A stretch of 64,000 nt of DNA from a virus. Each line of letters starts with the position of its first letter. Positions within the stretch are counted from its first letter, which is position 1. The position numbers and the translations under genes were made by a program. This document shows, one piece after another, positions 49,171-57,831 of this stretch. The stretch lies in IMG/VR virus record IMGVR_UViG_3300046516_001541, positions 1-64,000 of that record; one strand, given 5' to 3'. The notes under the pieces were generated by a model that ran no database searches, was not told the DNA's origin, and worked only from the letters and a program-made list of their open reading frames with translations.

Positions 49171-49535
49171 TGCCACGCGCTGCGAAAGAATCGGATTTTC
49201 CAGTCGACGTCGACGGTATCGGTCGCTTCAAATTCGCGCGTCGAGTGCAGAAAGACAGGTACTTGATCCGTACCTACTATTCCCAGATCACGAACGATCA
49301 TTGGCAGGAAGACGGCACAGTTGGTGACATGGAGGCGTTCATGCACGCGACCATTCACATACTCGTGGTAGAGCAACCGCAAGGATTTTCGATCGACGAG
49401 TTGGATCCTATCCTAGACGATGGTATCCAGCAGAAGATCGAAAAGGTTTTCATGGCCTTACGCCAAAAGGAGTTGTCTTTTCGCCCGCAAACTGAGAAAG
49501 GACAGTCAGGAGAAAGCGCGGGCGCTCCTCCATAG
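49170..49535 (+). CDS. Tail assembly chaperone
   Basis: Between tube and tape measure genes; ends near the TCT TTT CGC site. Confidence 0.75.
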   Translation: MPRAAKESDFPVDVDGIGRFKFARRVQKDRYLIRTYYSQITNDHWQEDGTVGDMEAFMHATIHILVVEQPQGFSIDELDPILDDGIQQKIEKVFMALRQKELSFRPQTEKGQSGESAGAPP

Positions 49536-49743
49536 TTACGAGTGGCATTTTCGCCGTCGATACAACTTGCCACCAACTGATCCGCGATTTTTGGGCGCAA
49601 CTCAGGAGGATATGGCAACAGACTATTGGGCGCATTTCTACCACGAGAATCCGAACCAAGCGACCACTGAAATCGAGGATGAGGATTTCGATCTCGAGGA
49701 AATCAGGCGCAAGGCCGAAAGCGGGGAATGGGAGGAAATCTAG
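49480..49743 (+). CDS. Tail chaperone frameshift extension (+1 frame)
   Basis: W.FRRRYNLPPTDPRFL...EDEDFD; overlaps the end of the chaperone gene. Confidence 0.65.
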   Translation, partial: FARKLRKDSQEKARALLHSYEWHFRRRYNLPPTDPRFLGATQEDMATDYWAHFYHENPNQATTEIEDEDFDLEEIRRKAESGEWEEI

Positions 49744-49746
49744 TTC

Positions 49747-51852
49747 ATGTCAATCAAGATCCCCGTCGATGCCGATGTCCGCGGCGTTCAAAAGCAGGTT
49801 GAGCAGCTCAGCAAGACCATCGAGAAGGCCAACCGCACGAAGTGGACGCCGATCGATGCGCCGGCCATTGATCGGGAGGCGCGGCGCGTACAGGAATCCT
49901 TCAAGCGCATCTATGGTGGCCAAAGCATTCAGGATGTTCGGGACGGTTACACTCCGCCACCACGGACTCAAGGCGGCCGAGGTGGCGTCGCAGGCGGCGG
50001 TGGCGGTCGTGGCGGCAATCGCGGATTCGGTCTATTTGACACGGTCGGTCGCCAGTTCACGAGCGGCGTCGGTGGCGGCTTTCAGAGCATAGGCAGCTAC
50101 GCCGCTCGAGGAGCTCAGGAAGCCGGCGGCGGATTTTTCGGTGGCACCGCTGGCTTCTTGCGCGGAGGCGTCATCGGTGCCGCGGCCTTCGGCGCCTACA
50201 AACTCGGCTCGGCGGTCACTGAAGGTTATGACATGTCGAAGGACCGCGCTGGCAACGCGGACCTGCTCAAGCGTCAGATGGGGGATATCGGCGTCAGCTT
50301 TGAACGGCTGAAGTCCTACGCTGACAAATTGGCCGATGGGCTCGGCATCAATAGTAACGAGTTTATCAAGCTCGAAAGCAGCCTTCAGAAGCTCTCCCGG
50401 ACCGTCGAATCGCCTGAATCGCTGGGCGCGGCTACGGCGTTAGGCGTCGGGATCTCGCGGTCATACGGTCTCGATGCGGGCGCTGGCGGCAACTTCTTGG
50501 GCGGCATGCGCAACATCGATCCGAAACAGAACAATCGCGAGCTCGCGCTGATCCTTGCCGACACGATCGCGCGCAGCGGCATGAATGCGCGGGCCGACGA
50601 GGTCATGCAGGCGATTCTGAGTTTCACCGCGGCGACCACGCGCATGAGCCTGTCTCCTGGGAACGTCGCAGCATTCGGCAATGCCTACGGTGGACTGCTG
50701 AGCACGCATCTGCCTGGCATGACTCCGGATACGGCTCAGGGGCTGCTCATGCAGGCAAATTCCGGCGTCATGAGCATGGGCGCCGGCGCCGGCGAGGCGG
50801 GCCGCGCATTCATGCTGTCGGCGTTCAATCGCCATGGCGTCATGAATCCCATCCAGGCGCAGGCGCTCGCCGAGGGCGGTCTCTTCGGTACCCGCGCTGG
50901 CGTTTTCGGCGGCGGCGCGATCAGTCAGTTCATGGGAGGAACCGGCGGCCTGGCGGGCGGGTCTGGCGCGAACGTCACCAATTTCGATGCGATCAAGCAG
51001 CAGCTGGGACGGATGGGCGGCAGCAAATGGATGCAGCTCGAAGGCGCGCAGCGGCTGTTTGGCGTGCAGTCACTATCTCAGGCGGCGGCGCTGATGAATC
51101 TGAATGTAGGCCAGGGCAACGGCCTCGTGGACTTGGTCCACTCCAATGGCCTGGATATCAACAAGATCAGCGCCTCGGGCATCTCGCGGCTGGGCGCGAT
51201 CGGCGCGGCCGGCACGAATACGGGCCAGCTATCGGCGATTTTCGAGGACATGAAAAAGTCCGGCGCGCTGAGTCCGGACGAAATCAAAACGGTCAGTTCT
51301 GCCGAGAAAGCCTCGCCGGCACAGTTCCGCGATGCGCTCGTGCAGGTTGCGGCCATGAAAGATCAGAGCGTCGATCAGGGTAGCGAGATTCGTACGCAGA
51401 CGGCAATTCTCGACGACATCAAGATCAATACCGGTGACAAACTCCTGACGCCGATGATCGCCATGAGCGACACCATCGTTGCCATGGCTGGTCGCGGGCC
51501 GCAGGCGACTGGCGATAAATTGATCAACATGAAAGAGGATGAGGCAGAGCAAAAAATCCATTCAATCACCGAGGAGCGCCGGAACGCCATTCTCAATCGA
51601 GGCGATTTGACCGCGAGACAACGCTGGGAGTTGGTCGATAAGCTCCAGGCAGAGGAGAGCGCGGCCATTGCCATGCAAGAAAAAGATCGGACTGCCGCAC
51701 TCCGTGGAGCACGCTCGCCGCTCGAAATCACGCTGCACAATAATGTCAATGTGAAGACATCGGACGGGAAAACAACTACGTCCTCGACGAGAACCAACAT
51801 CTCGCCACCCGCTGCCTCGGGCAGCAAGAGTGTGACCATTGCAACCCATTAG
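49747..51852 (+). CDS. Tape measure protein
   Basis: 701 aa Gly/Ala-rich helical protein after the chaperones. Confidence 0.8.
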   Translation: MSIKIPVDADVRGVQKQVEQLSKTIEKANRTKWTPIDAPAIDREARRVQESFKRIYGGQSIQDVRDGYTPPPRTQGGRGGVAGGGGGRGGNRGFGLFDTVGRQFTSGVGGGFQSIGSYAARGAQEAGGGFFGGTAGFLRGGVIGAAAFGAYKLGSAVTEGYDMSKDRAGNADLLKRQMGDIGVSFERLKSYADKLADGLGINSNEFIKLESSLQKLSRTVESPESLGAATALGVGISRSYGLDAGAGGNFLGGMRNIDPKQNNRELALILADTIARSGMNARADEVMQAILSFTAATTRMSLSPGNVAAFGNAYGGLLSTHLPGMTPDTAQGLLMQANSGVMSMGAGAGEAGRAFMLSAFNRHGVMNPIQAQALAEGGLFGTRAGVFGGGAISQFMGGTGGLAGGSGANVTNFDAIKQQLGRMGGSKWMQLEGAQRLFGVQSLSQAAALMNLNVGQGNGLVDLVHSNGLDINKISASGISRLGAIGAAGTNTGQLSAIFEDMKKSGALSPDEIKTVSSAEKASPAQFRDALVQVAAMKDQSVDQGSEIRTQTAILDDIKINTGDKLLTPMIAMSDTIVAMAGRGPQATGDKLINMKEDEAEQKIHSITEERRNAILNRGDLTARQRWELVDKLQAEESAAIAMQEKDRTAALRGARSPLEITLHNNVNVKTSDGKTTTSSTRTNISPPAASGSKSVTIATH

Positions 51853-53317
51853 AGACAGGCATCCGGCACTGTCGGTCAAGCTGATGAAAAATGTCGGGCG
51901 CACTGCTGTGGCAGGCAGTGTTCCGGTATCCGATCGCTTCGCCGGCACGCAAAACCGAACGATCGACCTCGCGCCATTCCTCGGAGACGGGGGCGGCGTG
52001 CGCGTATCAAAGTCCGTGCGCGCGGCGGCGGGCAACTTTACGGTGCATCTCACGGACGAAATCAAGCTCGATGCTCAGGACTCTCTCTATGGTCTGATTG
52101 AGCCGATGGACGTGATCGAAATTCGGATGGCCGGCGATGCATACAAGAATCCAACGCTTCCGATCATGATGCGCGGATTCGTCGGCAGTGTGCGCCGCGT
52201 GCAGTCGATGACCATGAACGGGCAGCCGCAGCGCAGTGTCATCATCACTGGTCACGACTACGGGAAGATTTGGCAGATATTGCAGATATTCTACATGCCC
52301 AATGTCCCGTCAACCGGCAACCTGATCACGAGCTTTCCGTTCTATGCCCGGTTCGGAATCACATTCAACATTGAACAGATGGGCACGTTTGTGGGAGAGG
52401 TTTTCGACAAGATCGTCAATCCCTATATAGTCAACATGGGGGATATCGGCGGCAATGCCGACACGTCGCCATTGCTGGAAATACAGCAAGATATTCAGGT
52501 TCTGCACGGCAAGGTTTCACCGTATGGAATCGGCTCCTGGGGCGGCGGATCCGTCTATGACTTGTTATCCTCCTTTGGAGATATCAAAGCGTGGAACGAA
52601 CTCTTCATCGAAGATCGCGAAGATGCACCTTATGTGGTGTATCGGCCGAATCCGTTCAAAACCGCGGACAGCAAAGAATTCATTCAGGAAATCATTGAGG
52701 ACGAGGCCCCGGCCGTCATCGATATCGATTTGACGGATGTTATCGGATATGACGTCGGTCGATCCGATGATGATGTGGCCAACTATTTCTGGGTGGATGC
52801 GCCTCGATTCATGTTGAATTACGACGAGACGATGCGCGCGTTCGCGTATTACGGGGCGCCGGATACCTTCTTCATCCAAAATTACGGCAACGTCGATCCG
52901 AAACTGTATGGCACACGCAAAATGCAAGTGTCAACCGATCAGGGCGGCGATGGCGAAAGCACCAATGGCAATGGCACGCCAGACGGTGCCCCGCGGCAAG
53001 ATGATCGAGATGCGCTGATCGGCTGGATGAATGAGCGCCGGCTGCAGCTCATTGCCCAGAACAAAGACAACGTCGTTTTCGAAAACGGCTCTTTCAATCT
53101 CAAAGGCAACGAGAACATTCGAGCCGGGACCTATTTGAGACTGACCCACGGCAACATGCAGTCCCTGTATTACGTGGTCGCTGTCAATCACGATTACAAG
53201 CCATTCGGTCATTTTATGACCAGCGCCCAGGTGGAACGCGGCACGGGATTTATCGACCGCGCCCAACAAGGCAGCGGCCTGGCGTCTCCATACTGGGCAG
53301 AAATCGCGCAGCCCTAA
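51839..53317 (+). CDS. Baseplate hub-like protein
   Basis: I.PMD.I.I, GHDYGK, NELF..D, YG.R and G....G....R.G; position. Confidence 0.75.
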   Translation: MQPIRDRHPALSVKLMKNVGRTAVAGSVPVSDRFAGTQNRTIDLAPFLGDGGGVRVSKSVRAAAGNFTVHLTDEIKLDAQDSLYGLIEPMDVIEIRMAGDAYKNPTLPIMMRGFVGSVRRVQSMTMNGQPQRSVIITGHDYGKIWQILQIFYMPNVPSTGNLITSFPFYARFGITFNIEQMGTFVGEVFDKIVNPYIVNMGDIGGNADTSPLLEIQQDIQVLHGKVSPYGIGSWGGGSVYDLLSSFGDIKAWNELFIEDREDAPYVVYRPNPFKTADSKEFIQEIIEDEAPAVIDIDLTDVIGYDVGRSDDDVANYFWVDAPRFMLNYDETMRAFAYYGAPDTFFIQNYGNVDPKLYGTRKMQVSTDQGGDGESTNGNGTPDGAPRQDDRDALIGWMNERRLQLIAQNKDNVVFENGSFNLKGNENIRAGTYLRLTHGNMQSLYYVVAVNHDYKPFGHFMTSAQVERGTGFIDRAQQGSGLASPYWAEIAQP

Positions 53318-53320
53318 ACC

Positions 53321-54055
53321 ATGTTCCATTACTCAGACAGTCTGGCCATTGGGCAAGTCGTCGCGGTCTACCCGGAAGGCCAGTCGATCGATGTGCTCCT
53401 ATCCGACGATGGCACGCGACTCAGCAATGTGCAGGTCATGGTACCGACCGGCAGCTCAAGTACGGGCTATGTCGATCTACCCGACCCGGGGCTACCACTA
53501 GATGACTCGAGATGGGCTTTCGCGTCCAATCCAGAGCGCACCATCCGCGCCATCATCGCGTTCTATCGACAGAACCCGGTCTGCATCGGATTCCTGTTGC
53601 CCCAGGTGACGCAGGTCACATTCAAGCGGGCGAATTTTCGCGTCGATCGACATGCCTCAGACGTCTACACCACGATCGCCGATAACGGCGACTGCGAATT
53701 TTCGCATCCCAGCGGGATCTATTTGCGCATTGCAGTCAATCCAGCCCATGAGGATTTGACGGGGCTGGATTTCGACAAGAAATGGGCCATCGCCAGGAAC
53801 ACGGGCGGCGGCGTACACGTGCACTTGGCGGGACTGGGCGGCATGACCCTCGACGTCAATCCGGCCGGTCAGGTCGCGATCGTGGCGCCACTGGTGACCA
53901 TCAACGGCGTGACGATCGATGCCGGCGGCAATGTGCACACCACGGCGACCATAACGGGGGATACGGATGTGATCGCAGGCGGCATCAGCGGAAAGACGCA
54001 CAAGCATGGCGGCATCACGCGCGGCGGCGCGCTCACTGATCCGCCTTCGCCGTGA
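53321..54055 (+). CDS. Baseplate spike (gpV/gp45-like)
   Basis: OB-fold-like N-terminus, beta repeats, C-terminal HKH metal-binding tip. Confidence 0.8.
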   Translation: MFHYSDSLAIGQVVAVYPEGQSIDVLLSDDGTRLSNVQVMVPTGSSSTGYVDLPDPGLPLDDSRWAFASNPERTIRAIIAFYRQNPVCIGFLLPQVTQVTFKRANFRVDRHASDVYTTIADNGDCEFSHPSGIYLRIAVNPAHEDLTGLDFDKKWAIARNTGGGVHVHLAGLGGMTLDVNPAGQVAIVAPLVTINGVTIDAGGNVHTTATITGDTDVIAGGISGKTHKHGGITRGGALTDPPSP

Positions 54056-54070
54056 CGGTAGCCTAGTCCC
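54049..54070 (+). promoter_or_regulatory. Late promoter motif (leaderless)
   Basis: GCCGTGAC-gg-TAGCCT-6nt-ATG. Confidence 0.7.
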
Positions 54071-55264
54071 ATGGCCACCAAGCCCAAGCCTGTCATTGCC
54101 CCGCCGAGCTCACAGAAAGCGGCCGACCGTCCGATCAGCTTCATGCTGGTCGATCCGACTGCGCCGGATGTCATCTCGAAAAGCCGAACGATCACCCTCG
54201 CGATCCGTCCGCAGGAACTGACGCGCACGTCGCCATCGCGCATCACGACGAATCAGACGCTCGCGGGTGCCTGGTCCGACAATTTCGGCACTGGCATCGA
54301 CACCATTTCGATCGCCGGCCATACCGGCTGGCATCGATCCCAGGAAGGCACGCAAACTCCGGATGGTCTGGATCGCTTCAAGGCGCTCAAAAATCTGATT
54401 TATACCGACTGGCATTCACGCAAGCAGAACGCCATCAAGGCCGGACGGGATCCGGACCAAATCCAGTTGATTTTCGCCGACAAGCTCGACGACTTCGCGT
54501 GCGTGGTCTCGCCGCAGGTATTCGTGCTGCGCCGCTCGAAGGCGCAGCCGCTGTATGTGCAATATCAAATTCAGATGATCGTGTTGAGCGACATCATTGA
54601 TCCGATCAACGCGACGGCACCGAAATTGATCACCAATTCGCCGAGCGACCTGCAGGCGGCGGCGCTGAAGTCCCTGAATAAATCGACATTGAACCTGCAA
54701 AAATATGTGCAGGACATCCAGAATTTCATTGATAGCAAGATCGCGACACCGGTCAAAGCGTTCATGCTGACAACGGCGAAACTGTACACAACGGTCAGCA
54801 ACAACATCAATCAGGCCAGCGCGATTGCAGACGAGCTCGTGCACGTGGCGCATTTGACGGCCCAGGTCGGTTTGAATGTGTTTCGGACGGCGGCGGCGAT
54901 CGAGAACATTCCCAGTTTCGCGAAATTGCGGCTCATGCAGGTCGCTGGCGAGTACTCGAACATTTTCTGTGTGCTTCGCAATGCGTTCAATCAGCAAGCG
55001 TTCTACCCGGATTACTCGCCGCTCTATGGTTCCTCGAACTGCTCATCGACCAATGGCGGCGGGCCGCCGAGTCAATACGTAGATACGAATCCATTTTTCT
55101 CCGTGGTGCCTGCGAATCCGCCGCTGCCGGTGACCATCTCGACGAGCTCGTTGCAGGGTATGCAGACAGTTGCGTCTAATGACGTCGTTCAGTCCCCTCT
55201 CACAACGACCCAGATAGGCGGTTATTTGAACACGATCAACTCTGGTCTACAGGTCGCAGCATGA
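54071..55264 (+). CDS. Baseplate/tube-initiator-like protein
   Basis: I.P..L....PSR....QT..G.W.D.FG.G...I.I.G.TG motif. Confidence 0.65.
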   Translation: MATKPKPVIAPPSSQKAADRPISFMLVDPTAPDVISKSRTITLAIRPQELTRTSPSRITTNQTLAGAWSDNFGTGIDTISIAGHTGWHRSQEGTQTPDGLDRFKALKNLIYTDWHSRKQNAIKAGRDPDQIQLIFADKLDDFACVVSPQVFVLRRSKAQPLYVQYQIQMIVLSDIIDPINATAPKLITNSPSDLQAAALKSLNKSTLNLQKYVQDIQNFIDSKIATPVKAFMLTTAKLYTTVSNNINQASAIADELVHVAHLTAQVGLNVFRTAAAIENIPSFAKLRLMQVAGEYSNIFCVLRNAFNQQAFYPDYSPLYGSSNCSSTNGGGPPSQYVDTNPFFSVVPANPPLPVTISTSSLQGMQTVASNDVVQSPLTTTQIGGYLNTINSGLQVAA

Positions 55265-55902
55265 CGACCGTGTTTGACAAGCCGCTCAACGGATATCGCT
55301 TCGTCGATACGCAATTCGGCGATACGTTGCAGAAGATTGCCGCGCGCGAACTGGGAGACGCGGCGCGCTGGGGCGATTTGATTGCCTTCAACAATTTGGT
55401 TCCTCCCTATCTCACGGACGATCCTTCCCAGGTTAAACCTGACGTATTGCTGAACGGTAGCCAGATCCTTGTCCCGGCCGGCGCACCGGTCATTTCGACG
55501 ACGACGGATCCGACGCTCGTTTTCGAGACCGACTTGCAATTGATTCCCGTCTTTGGGACCGGCGCGGTGGGAGGACTGCTACAGGCCATCAATGGGGATT
55601 TCGCTGTCGTCTCAGGACGCGACAACTTGAGGCAGTTTCTGAAAAATCGCGTCGAGACCGAACGCGGCGAACTTATTTTTCACATGGAATATGGCTCGCT
55701 ATGTCGCTCAATGATTGGCGCAGGAAATGGCCCCACGACCGGATTGCTCGTTGCGCAGTATGCGAAAGCCTCTCTCCTGGCGGATGACCGCGTGTCTGAT
55801 GTTGATCAGGCGATCGCCACCATTACCGACGATGAAATCGATTTGCAGTTGGAGGTTATTCCAGTCGTCGGGCGACCCATTGAACTGACGGCGGCACCGT
55901 AG
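55261..55902 (+). CDS. LysM-like plus gp25/gpW-like baseplate wedge protein
   Basis: GDTLQ.IA.R.LGDA.RW..L...N.L and G..NL.Q....R..T..GEL..H..YG...D.RV. Confidence 0.8.
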   Translation: MTTVFDKPLNGYRFVDTQFGDTLQKIAARELGDAARWGDLIAFNNLVPPYLTDDPSQVKPDVLLNGSQILVPAGAPVISTTTDPTLVFETDLQLIPVFGTGAVGGLLQAINGDFAVVSGRDNLRQFLKNRVETERGELIFHMEYGSLCRSMIGAGNGPTTGLLVAQYAKASLLADDRVSDVDQAIATITDDEIDLQLEVIPVVGRPIELTAAP

Positions 55903-55912
55903 AGGGCTCATC

Positions 55913-57028
55913 ATGGCTTTCCAGCTGAAGGATTTCGCGTCTATTACGGCCAGTATGTTGAACTGGATGAAGTCCGTTCAGACAAAGGTCACGGACTTCA
56001 ACATTGGCTCAATTGTCCGATCGATGCTGGAGGCATGCGCGACCGAGATCGACGAGTTTTACAAGCAGGCATTTATCGGACTGAAAGAAGCCATTCCAGT
56101 TTCGATATATACCTCTTTCAATTTTCCGGCCTTAGCCGCGACTCCGACGACCGGCCTGATTCGCATGATCCTCACCGCGCAAGGGGCTCCGGTGAATGTT
56201 GCGGCGGGAACCGTCTGGGTCCCTGGTAGCGGCGGCGTCAATTATACGCAGACGGCGACCGTCATCATCGCCATTGGCGCCACGTTTGCGGATATTCCTG
56301 TCGCAGCGGTCACGGCCGGCACGCTCGGCAATCTGCCATCCGGCACGACGTTCAGCCCATCTCCGGTCCCTACTGGCTTTACGAGCGCATCGAATCTCAC
56401 TTCATGGATCAACGGCATCGACGCGGAAAGCGCTGCCGATCAGAAAACGCGCTTCAATGCTTACATTTCGACGTTGGCCCGCGGCACGCCATCGGCAATT
56501 GCCTATGGTCTGACGACGGCTGTCATAACGGACAGCGGTGGCAACATCATTGAACGTGTCGTTTCTTCCGAGGTCGTGGAACCCTGGAAAACCGATCCGA
56601 CGCAGCCTGTCTCGCTGGTCAATGCCTACATACACAATGGCGTAGGCGCCACGTCCGGCGCGCTGGTGACACAGGCCCAGGCGGTCACCGATGGGTTTTA
56701 CGATGTCAGCGGAAATCCAGTGCCTGGCTGGAAAGCCGCAGGCGTCAAGGTGGTCGTGGCTGCGGCAGCGGAAAGTCCGCTGAATATCACAGGGGTATTG
56801 ACCGCGCTCCCAGGCTTTGATGAGCCGACCCTGATTGCTTTGGCAGTTCCGGCGCTCAATGCCTATCTGATACAACTGCCGATCGCCACCACGGCGCTAT
56901 ATGCGCAGCTCATCACGCTCGTGGAATCCATTCCAGGCGTTTACAACTTCGTGCTATCGACACCTACTGTTGATACTGCCGGAGTCGTGGGCCAGAAGAT
57001 CATGCCTGGAGCGATTACGATCACATGA
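55913..57028 (+). CDS. Baseplate J-like protein
   Basis: TDFN.GS..R...EA, G..GN, G.D.ES and L.RGT. Confidence 0.88.
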   Translation: MAFQLKDFASITASMLNWMKSVQTKVTDFNIGSIVRSMLEACATEIDEFYKQAFIGLKEAIPVSIYTSFNFPALAATPTTGLIRMILTAQGAPVNVAAGTVWVPGSGGVNYTQTATVIIAIGATFADIPVAAVTAGTLGNLPSGTTFSPSPVPTGFTSASNLTSWINGIDAESAADQKTRFNAYISTLARGTPSAIAYGLTTAVITDSGGNIIERVVSSEVVEPWKTDPTQPVSLVNAYIHNGVGATSGALVTQAQAVTDGFYDVSGNPVPGWKAAGVKVVVAAAAESPLNITGVLTALPGFDEPTLIALAVPALNAYLIQLPIATTALYAQLITLVESIPGVYNFVLSTPTVDTAGVVGQKIMPGAITIT

Positions 57029-57591
57029 GTGTCACTATCGTCAATCTCACGGCCGGCGTCATCAGCGGGACGTCCGGATTCGCCTTGGCTGACACGACTA
57101 TTGCAGTTGCCAAGGGTGCCGCGTTTGGTGCTATCGCGCCTACAACGGTCGATGCTCAGAACATCGGCTCAATATTTTCGGATGGGGCGGGAGCGCCCGC
57201 AAGTAATCTAGTGATCACGGCTGGACAAGTAGGCAATCCTTGTTGTGCTTGCTGTCCGAATGTGACCGTAGGCTATTTGGATCCCACAGTTGGATTCATT
57301 GTATTGGGGTCGACAACGACCGCTGTTGTCAATGGGCATAATTTGCACGGGTTCAGTTGGACTACGGGCAGCGGCGATCTGGGCTTTATTCTGGAAGGGC
57401 ACTTGCCTCAGAACACATTTACATCCTTGGAAATTCACGACAGCGCGCTGGGCGATATCACGTTCACTTCAGCTGCCGCCACGTGGGCGCAGACCATGGC
57501 ACCAGATGGAATTACGCTCATTACGGTATGGTCGTGGGCAACTGGCCAGCCTTTCCACAACGGAACTACCTATCACACGAGCGTGACGTGA
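57025..57591 (+). CDS. Fibre-tip/adhesin-like protein inserted in the baseplate module
   Basis: Beta-rich; NPCCACCP cluster; C-terminal W.W....PF..G..Y. Confidence 0.6.
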   Translation: MSVTIVNLTAGVISGTSGFALADTTIAVAKGAAFGAIAPTTVDAQNIGSIFSDGAGAPASNLVITAGQVGNPCCACCPNVTVGYLDPTVGFIVLGSTTTAVVNGHNLHGFSWTTGSGDLGFILEGHLPQNTFTSLEIHDSALGDITFTSAAATWAQTMAPDGITLITVWSWATGQPFHNGTTYHTSVT

Positions 57592-57830
57592 TCCAACTAG
57601 ATCCCGTTTACGGTTTTTTGTATGACCCTGCGCAAATGCAGGATCCGGATTATTTTGCGAAACTGAATGAGCGCTACAAAGCTGGCACTGGCGTGCGGCT
57701 GCATTCGCACACGTGCAGCCTGTGTGGTCGTGTGATCACGCATACGCGCCTAGAGGCGCTCCGGGACGGAGAAAAATTATCGCATACATGTTGCGGTAAG
57801 GACGTTCGCTTCAAGCAGGCAGCCAACTAA
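57588..57830 (+). CDS. Small Cys/His protein
   Basis: GTGA overlap; HSHTCSLCG...HTCCG. Confidence 0.55.
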   Translation: MIQLDPVYGFLYDPAQMQDPDYFAKLNERYKAGTGVRLHSHTCSLCGRVITHTRLEALRDGEKLSHTCCGKDVRFKQAAN

Positions 57831-57831
57831 C

